Assembly (NCBI GenBank): GCA_963664115.2
Contig: CAXWPJ010000006.1
Coordinates: forward strand, 64,001 to 128,000
Source: Terriglobia bacterium
GTDB taxonomy: Bacteria > Acidobacteriota > Terriglobia > 20CM-2-55-15
Length of the DNA: 64,000 bases
Reading direction: 5' to 3'
Both the position numbers and the translations under genes were made by a program. This document shows positions 53,685 through 64,000 of the stretch, piece by piece. Every line of letters starts with the position of its first letter. The stretch's first letter is position 1. The notes below the pieces were generated by a model that saw nothing but the letters and a program-made list of their open reading frames with translations, did not search any database and was not told where the DNA came from.

Positions 53685-54632
53685 GTGACGCCGCTTTTTC
53701 TTAAAGACAACGAGGTCGCCGATCTGGTGTCGGTTTCCGATGCGATCGGCGTTCTTCGAACCGCTTTCCGGCAACAGGCTGCCGGTGAAGCTACTTCCAA
53801 CCCTCGACAACGACTGGCAACCGGCACTGCTTTTCTGCACATGCTGGCCGGCGCTATCCCAGGTTACTTCGGATACAAAGCTTACGTGACGAGTCGAGCG
53901 CGGTCGCAGTTCATGTTCTTCCTGTTCGACTCCAATACTTGCGAGCAACTGTCGATCATGGAGGCGGACCGCCTCGGGCAGATCCGTACCGGCGCGGCGA
54001 CCGGAATAGCGACCGAATTCCTTGCACCCGATGATGTGACGGTGGCCACTATATTCGGAGCCGGGTGGCAGGCCCAGAGCCAATTGCTGGCAATGGATGC
54101 GGTTCGGGACCTCAACCGCGTCTGGATCGTCAACCGGCATCCGGAGCGTGCGGAGCGATTCATAGAGAAGATGGCACCGCAGGTAAAGGCAGAATTGAAG
54201 CCTGCCGTTTCTGCCGAAGATGCCGTTCGGGAAAGCCGGCTCGTAACGACGATAACCAACAGCCGTGAACCTGTTCTGTTTGGAGACTGGGTTGAGGCTG
54301 GGACCCACGTCAACGCGGCGGGAGGGAACATGTGGCTTCGCCGGGAAGTGGACGCGGATCTGGTTCTCGCTTCGGAGAGACTCGTCGTCGATTCGATCGA
54401 ACAGGCGCGGATTGAATGCGGAGAGTTCCTGCCCGTTCTGGTTACAGGCCGCAGGCACTGGGATGAAGTACTCGAGTTAAAAGATATAGTGGGGTCTCAG
54501 TGCGGCCGCGAAACGTCCGAGGAGCGGACGCTCTTTAAGTCTCTTGGACTGGGTCTTGAAGACGTGGCCCTTGGAGCCCTGGTTTATGAGCGGGCCAGGG
54601 AGCGAGGCGTGGGTCGGAGCGTAAATTTCTAG
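53685..54632 (+). CDS. Ornithine cyclodeaminase / mu-crystallin family protein
   Basis: RTGAATG, FGAGWQA, GTHVNAAG, RREVD, FKSLGLGLED. Confidence 0.92.
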   Translation: MTPLFLKDNEVADLVSVSDAIGVLRTAFRQQAAGEATSNPRQRLATGTAFLHMLAGAIPGYFGYKAYVTSRARSQFMFFLFDSNTCEQLSIMEADRLGQIRTGAATGIATEFLAPDDVTVATIFGAGWQAQSQLLAMDAVRDLNRVWIVNRHPERAERFIEKMAPQVKAELKPAVSAEDAVRESRLVTTITNSREPVLFGDWVEAGTHVNAAGGNMWLRREVDADLVLASERLVVDSIEQARIECGEFLPVLVTGRRHWDEVLELKDIVGSQCGRETSEERTLFKSLGLGLEDVALGALVYERARERGVGRSVNF

Positions 54633-54637
54633 GGGTT

Positions 54638-54964
54638 TCAGGGCAGGGCTGGAATTTGCAGGTATAAGTCGTCACCCCGGACTTCGCATGGAAACGTGGG
54701 TGCAGTCAGAGTTTTTCCCTGGCAACTTCCGTCCTCGAGGCGGACCCTCCAACCGTGCCAGCCACAAATAATGACACCATCTTGTGCAATACCCTCCGTC
54801 AGCGGAAAACCCAGGTGGGGACAGAGATTTTCAAGCGCATAGAAGGTCTGATCCCACTGGAAAAGAGCGATGTCCCGTCCGTCAATCGTGACGCCATGAC
54901 CCATCCCGTCTTCGGGAACCTCTTCGACGGAACCCACACGGACCCATTTTGTCGTTGCCTCCAT
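54638..54964 (-). CDS. Rieske 2Fe-2S ferredoxin (NirD-like)
   Basis: CPH…CGWH. Confidence 0.92.
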   Translation of the reverse strand: MEATTKWVRVGSVEEVPEDGMGHGVTIDGRDIALFQWDQTFYALENLCPHLGFPLTEGIAQDGVIICGWHGWRVRLEDGSCQGKTLTAPTFPCEVRGDDLYLQIPALP

Positions 54965-55204
54965 TGCGACGCTCCCGGCAACAGTCTAGCAAGGGGACAG
55001 GCGCCTCATCCCAGAATCGACCCTTGAATCTCTTGGCTTGCGAATTCGGGAATCAATGCGGCTGTCTTGATGATGCTTCACCTCGACACAGGGCGTCGGA
55101 CGGCTTGGGCATACCGAAACCCAAGCGTAGACACATGTTATACTTACCTCTTTTCCGCTCGAAACTCAGTCGCCCGATATCATCGAAAGATTGCTCTGAA
55201 ACAA

Positions 55205-56794
55205 ATGTCAAATTTTAAAGTTCTGCTGACTGATGGGATCGACAAGGCCGGCGTCGACCTGCTGAGTAAAACTGAAATCATCGAGCCACTTCTCGAAGCG
55301 AAACCAGGGCGCCGGAAGCTACTTGAAATTGTTTCCGAAGTAGACGGCATCGTCGTTCGTAGCGCCACCCAGGTCGATCGCGAATTGATCGAAGCGGCCC
55401 CGAGCTTGAAAGTCATTGGCCGCGCCGGAGTTGGAGTCGATAATGTCGATATCGATGCCGCTACCGAACGCGGTGTCATCGTAATGAACTCCCCGAGTGG
55501 ATCCTCCACCACGACGGCGGAACACGCCGTGGCGATGATGTTCGCCCTCTCTCGCAACATTCCACAAGCATACCGCCTGCTTAAAGAAGGAATTTGGGAC
55601 AAGAGCTTGTTCAAAGGCGTGGAACTCAGAGCAAAAACACTGGGTGTGGTCGGGCTGGGCCGTATCGGAAGCGAAGTGGCGCGCATGGCCCGGGGAATCG
55701 GTATGACTGTGATGGCGTACGATCCTTTTATCCGACCCGACGCGGAACAGGCTGCGGGACTTCAACTGGTTGCACTCGATGAGCTGTTTGCCGAGGCCGA
55801 CTTCATCTCTGTTCATACACCGTTGACCGCCGAAACGCGAAACCTGATCGATGGTGCTGTTATCGCGGGTATGAAGGACGGTGTTCGGCTCATCAACTGC
55901 GCACGTGGCGGAATCATCAACGAGGCCGATCTTGCCGATGCCCTTGCTTCGGGTAAGGTCGCAGGAGCCGCATTTGACGTCTTCGATTCGGAACCGAACA
56001 CGGATTCTCCCCTGTTTGACCTGGACAATTTTATTGCGACACCGCACCTCGGCGCCTCGACAATCGAAGCCCAGCGCAAGGTGTCGGAAGACATATGCCG
56101 CCAGATTGCAGATTATCTGATTAAGAATACGATCCGCGGTGCGCTGAATTTTCCTCAACTCGATGCAGGGCAGCTCGACCGCTACAGGCATTTCGTGGAC
56201 CTTGTCACACGGCTCGCGACCTTCGCCATTCAGATCGCGGACGGTCCTATGGAGAGCGTTGCAATCCGGTATTCGGGAGAAGTGTGCGACATGAACCTCG
56301 AATATCTAACATCGACCGTTATGCGGAAGCTTCTTTCTCCAATTCTGGGTGAAGAGATCAACCTGATCAATGCCACACGAATTGCGCAACAGAGAGGCAT
56401 CAAGCTGGAAGAGACACGTGTGCAGGTACCGGAAAACTTTACGAGCCTGGTGCAGATAGAAGTCCGCACCGAAAGGGAATCGCGCCGTGTGTCGGGCACG
56501 GTGTTCACGGACAAGTTGCCGCGGATCGTTGCGGTGGATGGCTACGAACTGGAAGTCGTACCGCGTGGCCACATGATTTTCTTGACGAACAACGATAAGC
56601 CCGGTGTCATTGGTGACATCGGGACGGTACTCGGGAAATGCGGGGTCAACATTGCGGGTATGCATCTGGGCCGGGAGATCGAGGGTGGAACGGCCCTGGC
56701 TCTCTTGTTGATCGACGCTGCCATAAGCGAAGACGTCGTCAATCAAGTCAGAAATATTGAAAACGTTCTGACCGCGAAAGCTGTCCGAATCTGA
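55205..56794 (+). CDS. serA: D-3-phosphoglycerate dehydrogenase
   Basis: GRAGVGVDN, GLGRIG, INCARGG, TPHLGAST, ASB and ACT (NDKPGVIG) domains. Confidence 0.96.
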   Translation: MSNFKVLLTDGIDKAGVDLLSKTEIIEPLLEAKPGRRKLLEIVSEVDGIVVRSATQVDRELIEAAPSLKVIGRAGVGVDNVDIDAATERGVIVMNSPSGSSTTTAEHAVAMMFALSRNIPQAYRLLKEGIWDKSLFKGVELRAKTLGVVGLGRIGSEVARMARGIGMTVMAYDPFIRPDAEQAAGLQLVALDELFAEADFISVHTPLTAETRNLIDGAVIAGMKDGVRLINCARGGIINEADLADALASGKVAGAAFDVFDSEPNTDSPLFDLDNFIATPHLGASTIEAQRKVSEDICRQIADYLIKNTIRGALNFPQLDAGQLDRYRHFVDLVTRLATFAIQIADGPMESVAIRYSGEVCDMNLEYLTSTVMRKLLSPILGEEINLINATRIAQQRGIKLEETRVQVPENFTSLVQIEVRTERESRRVSGTVFTDKLPRIVAVDGYELEVVPRGHMIFLTNNDKPGVIGDIGTVLGKCGVNIAGMHLGREIEGGTALALLLIDAAISEDVVNQVRNIENVLTAKAVRI

Positions 56795-56823
56795 TCCGGC
56801 CGCAGGTTGCCAGGAGTTCTGTC

Positions 56824-59751
56824 ATGCTGGGGACGAGCGCATCGTTGGCACGGCACACCGTAATCTCCGTTCTATTATTTCTGATTGCTCCCATCAGTCT
56901 GACGGCGCAAGATCAGTTCGCCAACCTCGGTGGCACAGTCACCGAGGCATCCGGAACACCTGTTGAGATGGCCGAGGTTCGCCTCCTTCTGGCTGACGGC
57001 CGTGTTTTTGAAGCTGTAACTGGAAGTGACGGCAATTTCTCTTTTGAGATCGCGGAGCCGTTCCGGTTTGAGGTGGGGCGGGCCGGTTTCCGCACAGTGC
57101 GGACGACGAGTGTTTCCCTGACTCCGGGGGAAAGCTATGAAATTGATTTTGTCTTGCTGGCTGGAAATCAATCCGATGTAGAGCTTGTCGAACTCCTGCT
57201 GCGGGACCCGATCCAGTTCAACGAAGGATCGACTCCATTGGCCCGTGCGGATCTCCCCCGTTCAGATCGGCTTTTCGGTCTTCGTGGCGGGCTCAATATA
57301 TCCGGTATCGCTGAGGGTTCGAGCCAGCAGTGGATCGCTGCTTCCGGCAGCGTTTTTGCCAGTTCTCCCAACTCAACAGCTTTGATCGAACCCTCTCGGC
57401 TGTCGGCGGAGTTTACGTCCAATATGGGTGTAGACGACTCGCTTCCTCCCGGTAGTTCCAGGTTCAGTGGAAACGCCTATTATTTTCACCTCAACGACGC
57501 GCTCAACGCCCGTAACTACTTCGACCTTCCCGACGAGCCGATTCCACCGTTCAAGTATCACTTCTTCGGATTTGAGCTGGGAGGCCCATTGGCAGAGCGG
57601 ACGTTTGTTTTTGGCAGGTACTGGGGATTGCGTATACGGCAATCCGTGACCCGCGCGGCCACTGTTCCGCCCCCGGCCTGGATCACCGGTGACTTTTCCT
57701 CTCTAGTGGAGCCCATTCTGGACCCGGAGACCGGCTTTCCGTTTCCCGGTAATAGAATCCCGGCCGACCGTATCCATCCGGTCGGGGCAACTCTTGGGGC
57801 GCTCTTTCCCAGGCCGAACGTCGCCGGTGAAGATATCCAGAACTTCCGGACTGTGGGTGCTCTTCGGACAGTGGCCGATGCCTTTGGTGTCCGCATCGAT
57901 CACAGGATCACGGTGAGCGACGAAACTTCTTTCGAGTACCAGTACAGCAGAGACACCACGGATGACCCGTTCAACTTCGTCACCGGAATTACGAATCTGC
58001 CGGGTTTCGGGGTTCGGGATTCCCTCGAGACGCACACTCTGAGAATTTCGAATGCCCACGTGTTTTCCCCGGCTCTCGTCCATCAAGTCAGTTTTTCCCT
58101 CGGATATCTCGAGCAACCCCGCAGCATCCAGAGCAAGGCCGAGTATCCGGCCGTGATCATTACCGGGTTCTCCAATGTGGGCCAGGCCACCAACTTGCCG
58201 CAGCAGAGGCGCAACCGGACTCTTGAAGTTTCCAGCGGCGTGTCCTGGGTTCATAGACGTGCGACGACTCAGGTTGGCGGCAGCCTGCGACACTTCAACT
58301 TCGACGCGTTCATAGACCTGTTCAGCCGGGGGCAGTTTCAGTTCAATGCGGATTCTTATTCACAGAACTCTTTCGCGAACCTCTTGCTGGGCCTTCCCGC
58401 GAACGCCGTACGCATTGAGGGTGACACGGACCGTCAGTTTGATACCTGGACCAGCGGACTCTACATGCAACACGTGTGGAGTCCCCGCCCGGGCCTCGAT
58501 ATCAATATTGGGCTCCGCTACGACTATCAGACGCCGTTCAGCGAAGCTCGAGGGCGCGTCGCAAATTTCAGCGCTCAAGGGGCGCTCAAGGTGAGCCCGA
58601 AACAACTGTATGCGGTCGATGCCAACAACTGGAGCCCCCGGATTGGATTGGCCTGGAGTCCTATGGCCGATACTGTGGTTCGTGCGGGCTACGGGATTTT
58701 CTACGACAATCTGTTGGTCGGCGACAGCTTGTTCCTACTCGGTCTGAACCCGCCTTTCGCCAGTTTTGATGTCGAAAATAACGATCCTGTTCTCCCTCGA
58801 TTCGACCTCGGGAGCGTGTTCACAGATCCGACTTCTTCGATACCTCCAAGTGTGTTTTCGGCCTCTCCTTCTCTCCGGAATCCTTATGTCCAGCACTGGA
58901 ATCTCCTCATCAGTCGCACCCTGTTTTCCGACTACGACGTAAGCCTCGGCTATATCGGACAAAAAGGGACGCATCTTCGCCGACAGGTGAACCTGAACCA
59001 GCCGACGCCCGGACCGGCAGTCACTTTGGACGATCGGCGGCCGTTCACTGACTTTGCAAACATTTTCCAGTTCGAGACAAGCGCGTCGTCGACAGCGCAT
59101 GCTGCGGACATCAGCGTCGTGCGACGGTTCACAGGTGGGCTGGGATTCGGCGGGACGTATCGATTTGCCCGGATGATCGATGATGCCACGCTGATCAGTA
59201 TTCTTCCGCAGAACAGCCACGATCTGAAATCGGAGAAAGGACTTGCCGATTTTCACGTCAAGCATCGCCTTTCACTGACAGGCACGCTCGATCTGCCGTT
59301 TCTTAACGGGTGGCAGCTGCAGGGCATTGGCCTGTTTCGTTCGGGCACACCCCTGTCGGCGATTGTCAGCTCTGACGTGGCCGGAACGGGAAGCCCGATC
59401 GTCAATCGTCCGAATCTGATCGGGGATCCACGGGTCGACAATCCCAGCCCGTCCCGATTCTTCAATACCGAGGCCTTCGAAATTCCAGAACTGGGCAGGT
59501 TCGGTGATAGTGGCCGGAACGTCATCATTGGTCCCGGACTGGCAAACGTAGATTTGGCTCTGAGACGAATGTTCCGTCTTTCGGATCAATATCAGGTGGA
59601 GTTCCGTGCCGATTTCTACAACGCTTTCAATCACGCGAATTTCATCGCGCCGCCAGCGACACAGAATTTCGCTGATTCCCCGGAGTTCGGTGCGCTGTTC
59701 GTCGCGCGCTCACCCAGGACGATACAACTCGGGTTGACCTTATTCTGGTAG
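56824..59751 (+). CDS. TonB-dependent receptor-like protein with carboxypeptidase regulatory-like N-domain
   Basis: Signal peptide; NDALNARNYF, GLRYDY, SPRIGLAW, RAGYGIFY, FRADFYNAFNH.NF, PRTIQLGLTLFW. Confidence 0.9.
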   Translation: MLGTSASLARHTVISVLLFLIAPISLTAQDQFANLGGTVTEASGTPVEMAEVRLLLADGRVFEAVTGSDGNFSFEIAEPFRFEVGRAGFRTVRTTSVSLTPGESYEIDFVLLAGNQSDVELVELLLRDPIQFNEGSTPLARADLPRSDRLFGLRGGLNISGIAEGSSQQWIAASGSVFASSPNSTALIEPSRLSAEFTSNMGVDDSLPPGSSRFSGNAYYFHLNDALNARNYFDLPDEPIPPFKYHFFGFELGGPLAERTFVFGRYWGLRIRQSVTRAATVPPPAWITGDFSSLVEPILDPETGFPFPGNRIPADRIHPVGATLGALFPRPNVAGEDIQNFRTVGALRTVADAFGVRIDHRITVSDETSFEYQYSRDTTDDPFNFVTGITNLPGFGVRDSLETHTLRISNAHVFSPALVHQVSFSLGYLEQPRSIQSKAEYPAVIITGFSNVGQATNLPQQRRNRTLEVSSGVSWVHRRATTQVGGSLRHFNFDAFIDLFSRGQFQFNADSYSQNSFANLLLGLPANAVRIEGDTDRQFDTWTSGLYMQHVWSPRPGLDINIGLRYDYQTPFSEARGRVANFSAQGALKVSPKQLYAVDANNWSPRIGLAWSPMADTVVRAGYGIFYDNLLVGDSLFLLGLNPPFASFDVENNDPVLPRFDLGSVFTDPTSSIPPSVFSASPSLRNPYVQHWNLLISRTLFSDYDVSLGYIGQKGTHLRRQVNLNQPTPGPAVTLDDRRPFTDFANIFQFETSASSTAHAADISVVRRFTGGLGFGGTYRFARMIDDATLISILPQNSHDLKSEKGLADFHVKHRLSLTGTLDLPFLNGWQLQGIGLFRSGTPLSAIVSSDVAGTGSPIVNRPNLIGDPRVDNPSPSRFFNTEAFEIPELGRFGDSGRNVIIGPGLANVDLALRRMFRLSDQYQVEFRADFYNAFNHANFIAPPATQNFADSPEFGALFVARSPRTIQLGLTLFW

Positions 59752-59790
59752 GTATACCCACACCTTAGCGCTAAACTAACGTCTAACGTC

Positions 59791-60822
59791 TTGAATATGA
59801 ACCAACGCAACAAACGGATAAGCCCCTTTCGGTATGTTCTGTGCCTGCTTGCCCTGCTTTCTTTGAGCCAGAATTCGCTTGAGGGGCAGACACCGGTCGA
59901 GCGTCCGGAAGTGCACGCGGAATTTGGTTTCGGATTCCTGCCCTGGTCTTCGGAGGCGATCGAGAGTCTGGATTCAGAAGACGTCCGAACGCTCATTTCC
60001 GGACTTCACAGGGGATGGTCCGTCGACAAGTTTATTAACGAGACCGAACGACCACGCCTTCGCATCCTCACGATAATGGATGAGCTGGAGACTGCCGGAT
60101 TAGTCCGCGGCCGATCCGACTTCGACATGAGACCGGGTTTTCCAGTGCTTTTTGAGCAAGACCTGGTGGCAATCGATCCGCTGCTGGAACGTTCCACCAG
60201 GGAATTCACAGAAATCATTGAAGACCATTGGGATGAGATTGAGACCTTCCACAGGTCGCTTACAGCCGGCCAGGAGTTCCCCGAGCCGCAGAACATGTAC
60301 CGTCTCGTTATCGGCGGCGTCCTTTTAGGGGGAATGATCGAAGTTCTCTTCGACGACAAGACTCTGCTGCCGGGCGCGCCCCGTCGGGCCAGGCGCGGCG
60401 ACACATATTACACGTGGATGGTAGAAGGAGAAGAGAACCGCAGTTACCTGCTGCGCCAGACGGACCGTGTCGGCCGTCACGAGGTGTTCTCGGTCGGTCC
60501 CGTTGCTGAAGAAAATGTTCGCATTCAGATCGATGTTGTGGCCCAGGAAGGCCCCGTATACGAAACCGAGGATGCAAGACGCTGGCGGGTATTCACCAGT
60601 GTTTTCTCGAGAGACTATCTCCTGCCCTACATAAAGAGTCAGCGAAGTAATTTCCTGAGTATTCACTCCGATATTGAGGCATCGAAGTACAGCGCGCTCG
60701 CCGAGTTCGTCGCCTGGTACTATCAAGAACTCGTTCAGCGGACTGCGGACTCTTTGGTCGCAAGCGGACGACTCGAAGCACCCGAGACGTCTTACAAATA
60801 CGCGCTCCGCGAAGCCCGGTAA
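59791..60822 (+). CDS. Secreted hypothetical protein
   Basis: 343-aa ORF with signal peptide directly after the receptor; start 59791 or 59797. Confidence 0.75.
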   Translation: MNMNQRNKRISPFRYVLCLLALLSLSQNSLEGQTPVERPEVHAEFGFGFLPWSSEAIESLDSEDVRTLISGLHRGWSVDKFINETERPRLRILTIMDELETAGLVRGRSDFDMRPGFPVLFEQDLVAIDPLLERSTREFTEIIEDHWDEIETFHRSLTAGQEFPEPQNMYRLVIGGVLLGGMIEVLFDDKTLLPGAPRRARRGDTYYTWMVEGEENRSYLLRQTDRVGRHEVFSVGPVAEENVRIQIDVVAQEGPVYETEDARRWRVFTSVFSRDYLLPYIKSQRSNFLSIHSDIEASKYSALAEFVAWYYQELVQRTADSLVASGRLEAPETSYKYALREAR

Positions 60823-60982
60823 GCGGCCACCGCTTACACGGATTTAACGGGCCAGGCCCTGCTTGCCTGCAGCCCGCCTGCCGGCGTTTCAGTCAAGATC
60901 AGATTCGACATCCGCCCCCGGGATTTATCTGCCAGAAGAATCTGCCTAATTGCCGGCTCCACCCTCCTGCTAAAATACCCCG

Positions 60983-61360
60983 ATGGAAAATGATGTGACG
61001 ACGGTTGATTCCTTGGACCAGGTTGCCCGAACACTCGGAATCGGCAGTATCCAACGTCATATCTTTCTTTGTGCAGACCAGACGACGCCAAAATGCGCCC
61101 CGAGGGATGAAACCAATCAATCGTGGAGTTACCTGAAGAAACGGCTTGCGGAATTGGGCCTCCAAGGGGCTCAGTCCTGTGTTTATCGTACAAAGGCGAA
61201 CTGCTTGAGAGTCTGTCGACAGGGGCCGATCGCGGTTGTCTATCCCGAAGGCGTGTGGTACCACTCGGCAACTTCCGAGGTGCTGGAACGCATCATTAAC
61301 GAACACCTCATTGAAGGAAACCCTGTTGAGGAGTTCGTCTTCGCCAAGAATCCTCTGTAG
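60983..61360 (+). CDS. Thioredoxin-like [2Fe-2S] ferredoxin
   Basis: RHIFLC…KC…CLRVCRQGPIAVVYPEGVWY. Confidence 0.92.
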   Translation: MENDVTTVDSLDQVARTLGIGSIQRHIFLCADQTTPKCAPRDETNQSWSYLKKRLAELGLQGAQSCVYRTKANCLRVCRQGPIAVVYPEGVWYHSATSEVLERIINEHLIEGNPVEEFVFAKNPL

Positions 61361-61370
61361 TTTGTTCGGC

Positions 61371-62771
61371 ATGGACAGATCGATGCATGAATCGGGAAGT
61401 CCCGGTGCGAGCGTGTCCTGGCGTGTTGCTGATCTGCGCACGGAAGCGGGTCAGCTCTTGACCTTGGGGCTTCCGGTCATTGGATCGCAGTTGGCGCACG
61501 TCGCGATGAACTTTGTGGATACCGTTATGGCGGGCAATCTGAGCCCGCAGGCTCTGGCTGCGGTGGCTCTGGGCAGCAGCATCTGGACCACGACAGCGCT
61601 GTTCGTAATCGGTCTCCTGATGGCCGTTACCGCTTCCGTTTCTCAACTCTTTGGTGCCGGCAGGCACGAGGAAATCGGCCGATTCGTCCGGCAGGCGCTG
61701 TGGCTCGGTCAGGGACTGGGCTTGGCGTGCTTTGTCTTCATCCGCCAGATCGACCCCCTTTTTTCCTGGTTGGAGATCGAGCAGGAGATCATTCCGACGA
61801 CCCTTGGATATCTGGACGCGATCACCTGGGGTCTTCCCGCCATGTGTGGATTTATCGTACTGCGGCATTTCAGTGAAGGCGTGTCAATGACCCGTCCCGT
61901 CCTCCTGATCAGCCTGATCGGATTGCTGACGAACATTGGCGGAAACTACGTTTTCATGTATGGCCGCCTGGGTTTGCCTGCGATGGGTGCGGTGGGATGC
62001 GGTTGGGCCACGGCCTTGGTGATGTGGATGATGTTGCTGTCGCTTACGATCTACGTATTCGTCGGGCCGTACTACCAGCGGTTTCACCTCTTCCGTTCCT
62101 TCGATTGGCCACGCAGGGATGACCTCCTCGAGACACTCGTATTGGGTCTGCCTATCGGGATCAGCCTGTTTCTGGAGGCCAGTCTCTTCGCTACAGTTGC
62201 CTTGCTGATGGGATCGTTAGGAATTAATGCAGTAGCCGGACACCAGATCGCGATCAATTTCGCGTCGATCACGTTCATGATTCCTCTCGGCCTGTCGATG
62301 GCCATTACAGTGAGAGTCGGCCAGGCCGTGGGTCGCGGCTCTCAGGGGGCGGGACGCCGTTCGGCCTTTGTCGGACTCGTCCTGGCTCTGGCCTTTATGT
62401 CGGCCTCCGCTACCACCATGTTCTTGTTTCCTGAGTGGATCGTCGGAATTTATACGGACGATCCGGAGGTCCGGTCCATCGCCATGGATTTATTGTTAAT
62501 GGCCGCCATCTTTCAAATCTCGGATGGCGCTCAGGTGGCCGGAGCGGGAGCGCTTCGCGGACTGAAAGACACGACGATCCCGATGGTGATGACGCTGATT
62601 GCGTACTGGGGCTTGGGCCTGCCCCTGGGATATACCCTGGGGATTGTGCGTTCGATGGGACCCCAGGCGATGTGGATCGGCCTCATCGCCGGGCTGACAG
62701 TCGCCGGAGTTTGTCTGAACGGTCGCTTTTACTGGATCACACGCCGCCCGGAGAGGAACGCTCTTCTTTGA
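61371..62771 (+). CDS. MATE efflux transporter (NorM-like)
   Basis: FVDTVMAG, G.GCGWAT, LGLPIG, AGHQIA, RVGQAVG, FQISDG.Q, LRGLKDT. Confidence 0.94.
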   Translation: MDRSMHESGSPGASVSWRVADLRTEAGQLLTLGLPVIGSQLAHVAMNFVDTVMAGNLSPQALAAVALGSSIWTTTALFVIGLLMAVTASVSQLFGAGRHEEIGRFVRQALWLGQGLGLACFVFIRQIDPLFSWLEIEQEIIPTTLGYLDAITWGLPAMCGFIVLRHFSEGVSMTRPVLLISLIGLLTNIGGNYVFMYGRLGLPAMGAVGCGWATALVMWMMLLSLTIYVFVGPYYQRFHLFRSFDWPRRDDLLETLVLGLPIGISLFLEASLFATVALLMGSLGINAVAGHQIAINFASITFMIPLGLSMAITVRVGQAVGRGSQGAGRRSAFVGLVLALAFMSASATTMFLFPEWIVGIYTDDPEVRSIAMDLLLMAAIFQISDGAQVAGAGALRGLKDTTIPMVMTLIAYWGLGLPLGYTLGIVRSMGPQAMWIGLIAGLTVAGVCLNGRFYWITRRPERNALL

Positions 62772-62822
62772 AGAGCCCCACAGCATGGGCTCAAGGCAAT
62801 GCTCTTTTTTGGGAGACCGCTA

Positions 62823-63128
62823 ATGTACGTCGTCTTCAGCATCAACAAGATCAAAGCGCCCCACCTCGACGATTTCGTGAGGAACGTTCGTCTCCACGCC
62901 GGTCGGAGCAACCGCGAGCCCGGCTGCGTCCGCTATGAGGTGCTCGAGGACACTGCAGATCCCCAGACAATCTGTCTGTATGAGGTGTTTGTGGACGAGG
63001 CTGCCTTTCACCGACATGTGAGGGCTTCTTACTACCTGGAATGGATGCAGATGTCTAAGGAGTGGCGGCACCGCGAGCAACGTACCCGTCACGTCCTGAA
63101 GTTCCTCCACACTCCTCTCACCCCCTGA
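62823..63128 (+). CDS. Antibiotic biosynthesis monooxygenase (LsrG-like)
   Basis: EPGCVRYEV…LYEVF.DEAAFHRH. Confidence 0.88.
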   Translation: MYVVFSINKIKAPHLDDFVRNVRLHAGRSNREPGCVRYEVLEDTADPQTICLYEVFVDEAAFHRHVRASYYLEWMQMSKEWRHREQRTRHVLKFLHTPLTP

Positions 63129-63190
63129 CCGGCATGCCCCCGAACTTCGGAGCGGAAACCTCGCCTGAGGGCGCTCGCGAACCTCCATGA

Positions 63191-63715
63191 TCAAAAATCA
63201 AAGCCGGCAAACAACCTGAACAGGAGGCCGCGGTACAACTCGATGTTAAAAACGTGTTCAAAGAGGAGATAAACGACGATCGTCACGCCAACGGTCACAC
63301 ACACCGACAAGCGCGTCGATTCCTTTGAGACAAGTCGCAACAAGACAAACATGAACGCTGCCATGCCTGCGTAGTGACCCATAACAAAGATCAAAGCCAG
63401 CAGCAGCGCCATCCAGGCGATAAACCCGATGGCGACGTTAACTTTTCTGTTCTGTCCGCGGACGGCTCGCGATAGTTCCGCCAGCAGAACGTCCTGTTCG
63501 GTGGCTGCTCTCGTCTGTAACAACTGCGCGGCAATAAGGAACAGCAGCGGGACCATTATGAAGAGTGGCGCTCTGGCCGAGACGATGTCGTAGTTTAAGG
63601 CCACCACAAACCCGGCGCTCACGACGATCCCGATAAACGAGACGAAGCAAAGCTCCAGCGCCGCCTTTCGAGGACCGCCCCGCTCCGCCCCGGTTTTCTG
63701 CTTTTCGTCCGTCAT
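63191..63715 (-). CDS. tctB: Tripartite tricarboxylate transporter TctB
   Basis: 4-5 TM helices; YLLFEHVFNIELYRG; ATGA overlap with tctA. Confidence 0.85.
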   Translation of the reverse strand: MTDEKQKTGAERGGPRKAALELCFVSFIGIVVSAGFVVALNYDIVSARAPLFIMVPLLFLIAAQLLQTRAATEQDVLLAELSRAVRGQNRKVNVAIGFIAWMALLLALIFVMGHYAGMAAFMFVLLRLVSKESTRLSVCVTVGVTIVVYLLFEHVFNIELYRGLLFRLFAGFDF

Positions 63716-64000
63716 CGTGTCAGGGGCTCTGCCCGTCTGCGATCCCGGAGGATCGTCCATACGTTGTAGCCGAGGAACAGGATCATAATGAGTGTCAGTG
63801 TCAATGGAATTGGGTCAAAGATGAAGTACGGTCCGGACAATTGAAGTGCCAGGTAGAGATTCCGTTCGACGGGAAAGCCGAGAACGAAACCAATCAGCAA
63901 CGCAGCCCTCGAGTAATCCAACTCTTTCATAAGGTAGCCAATGACACCGAAAACCAGTGCGACTCCAATGTCAAACCAAGATCGCCCGACGGCGAACGCG
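63712..64000 (-). CDS. tctA: Tripartite tricarboxylate transporter TctA (C-terminal part; runs off the window)
   Basis: FGVIGYLMKELDYSRAALLIGFVLG…ERNLYLALQL. Confidence 0.88.
   Translation of the reverse strand, partial: AFAVGRSWFDIGVALVFGVIGYLMKELDYSRAALLIGFVLGFPVERNLYLALQLSGPYFIFDPIPLTLTLIMILFLGYNVWTILRDRRRAEPLTR

Noticed and set aside
60834-60890. ACACGGATTTAACGG and CCCGCCTGCCGGC as further repeat-element remnants
   Set aside because: Single short arms without a complementary partner in the window; too weak to call.

Overview
A GC-rich bacterial chromosomal segment, probably Acidobacteriota-like (inferred from the carboxypeptidase-domain TonB receptor, the acidobacterial-type VWA protein, the di-heme cytochrome c and secreted orphan families). 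It is mostly housekeeping: ilvE, gpmA, cystathionine beta-synthase, cysteine synthase, qor, RNB, queD, pepA, nth, folE, rpiA, serA, MATE and TctAB. DNA-repair genes are dense: AddAB-like, YhaO/YhaN (SbcDC-like), an HTH-WYL regulator, MrfAB-like, a stand-alone DEDD exonuclease and Nth. Mobile and accessory DNA includes an IS1380 inserted in a CTAG that is a gene's stop codon, an IS3/IS481-like element, a left-end remnant of a relative of it, two back-to-back toxin-antitoxin loci (one toxin truncated) and several short inverted-repeat elements. The most notable signal is absent from the ORF track: two tandem paralogous 48-aa peptide genes (43752-43898 and 44259-44405, minus strand). Each has its own AGGAGG RBS and terminator, an acidic leader ending EELEE(R/K)IAP, and a near-identical core GELVWPFPGGKGKGGGG(G)HGG(R/H). 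They look like orphan RiPP precursors, with no recognisable maturase in the window. I found no CRISPR array, rRNA or tRNA.
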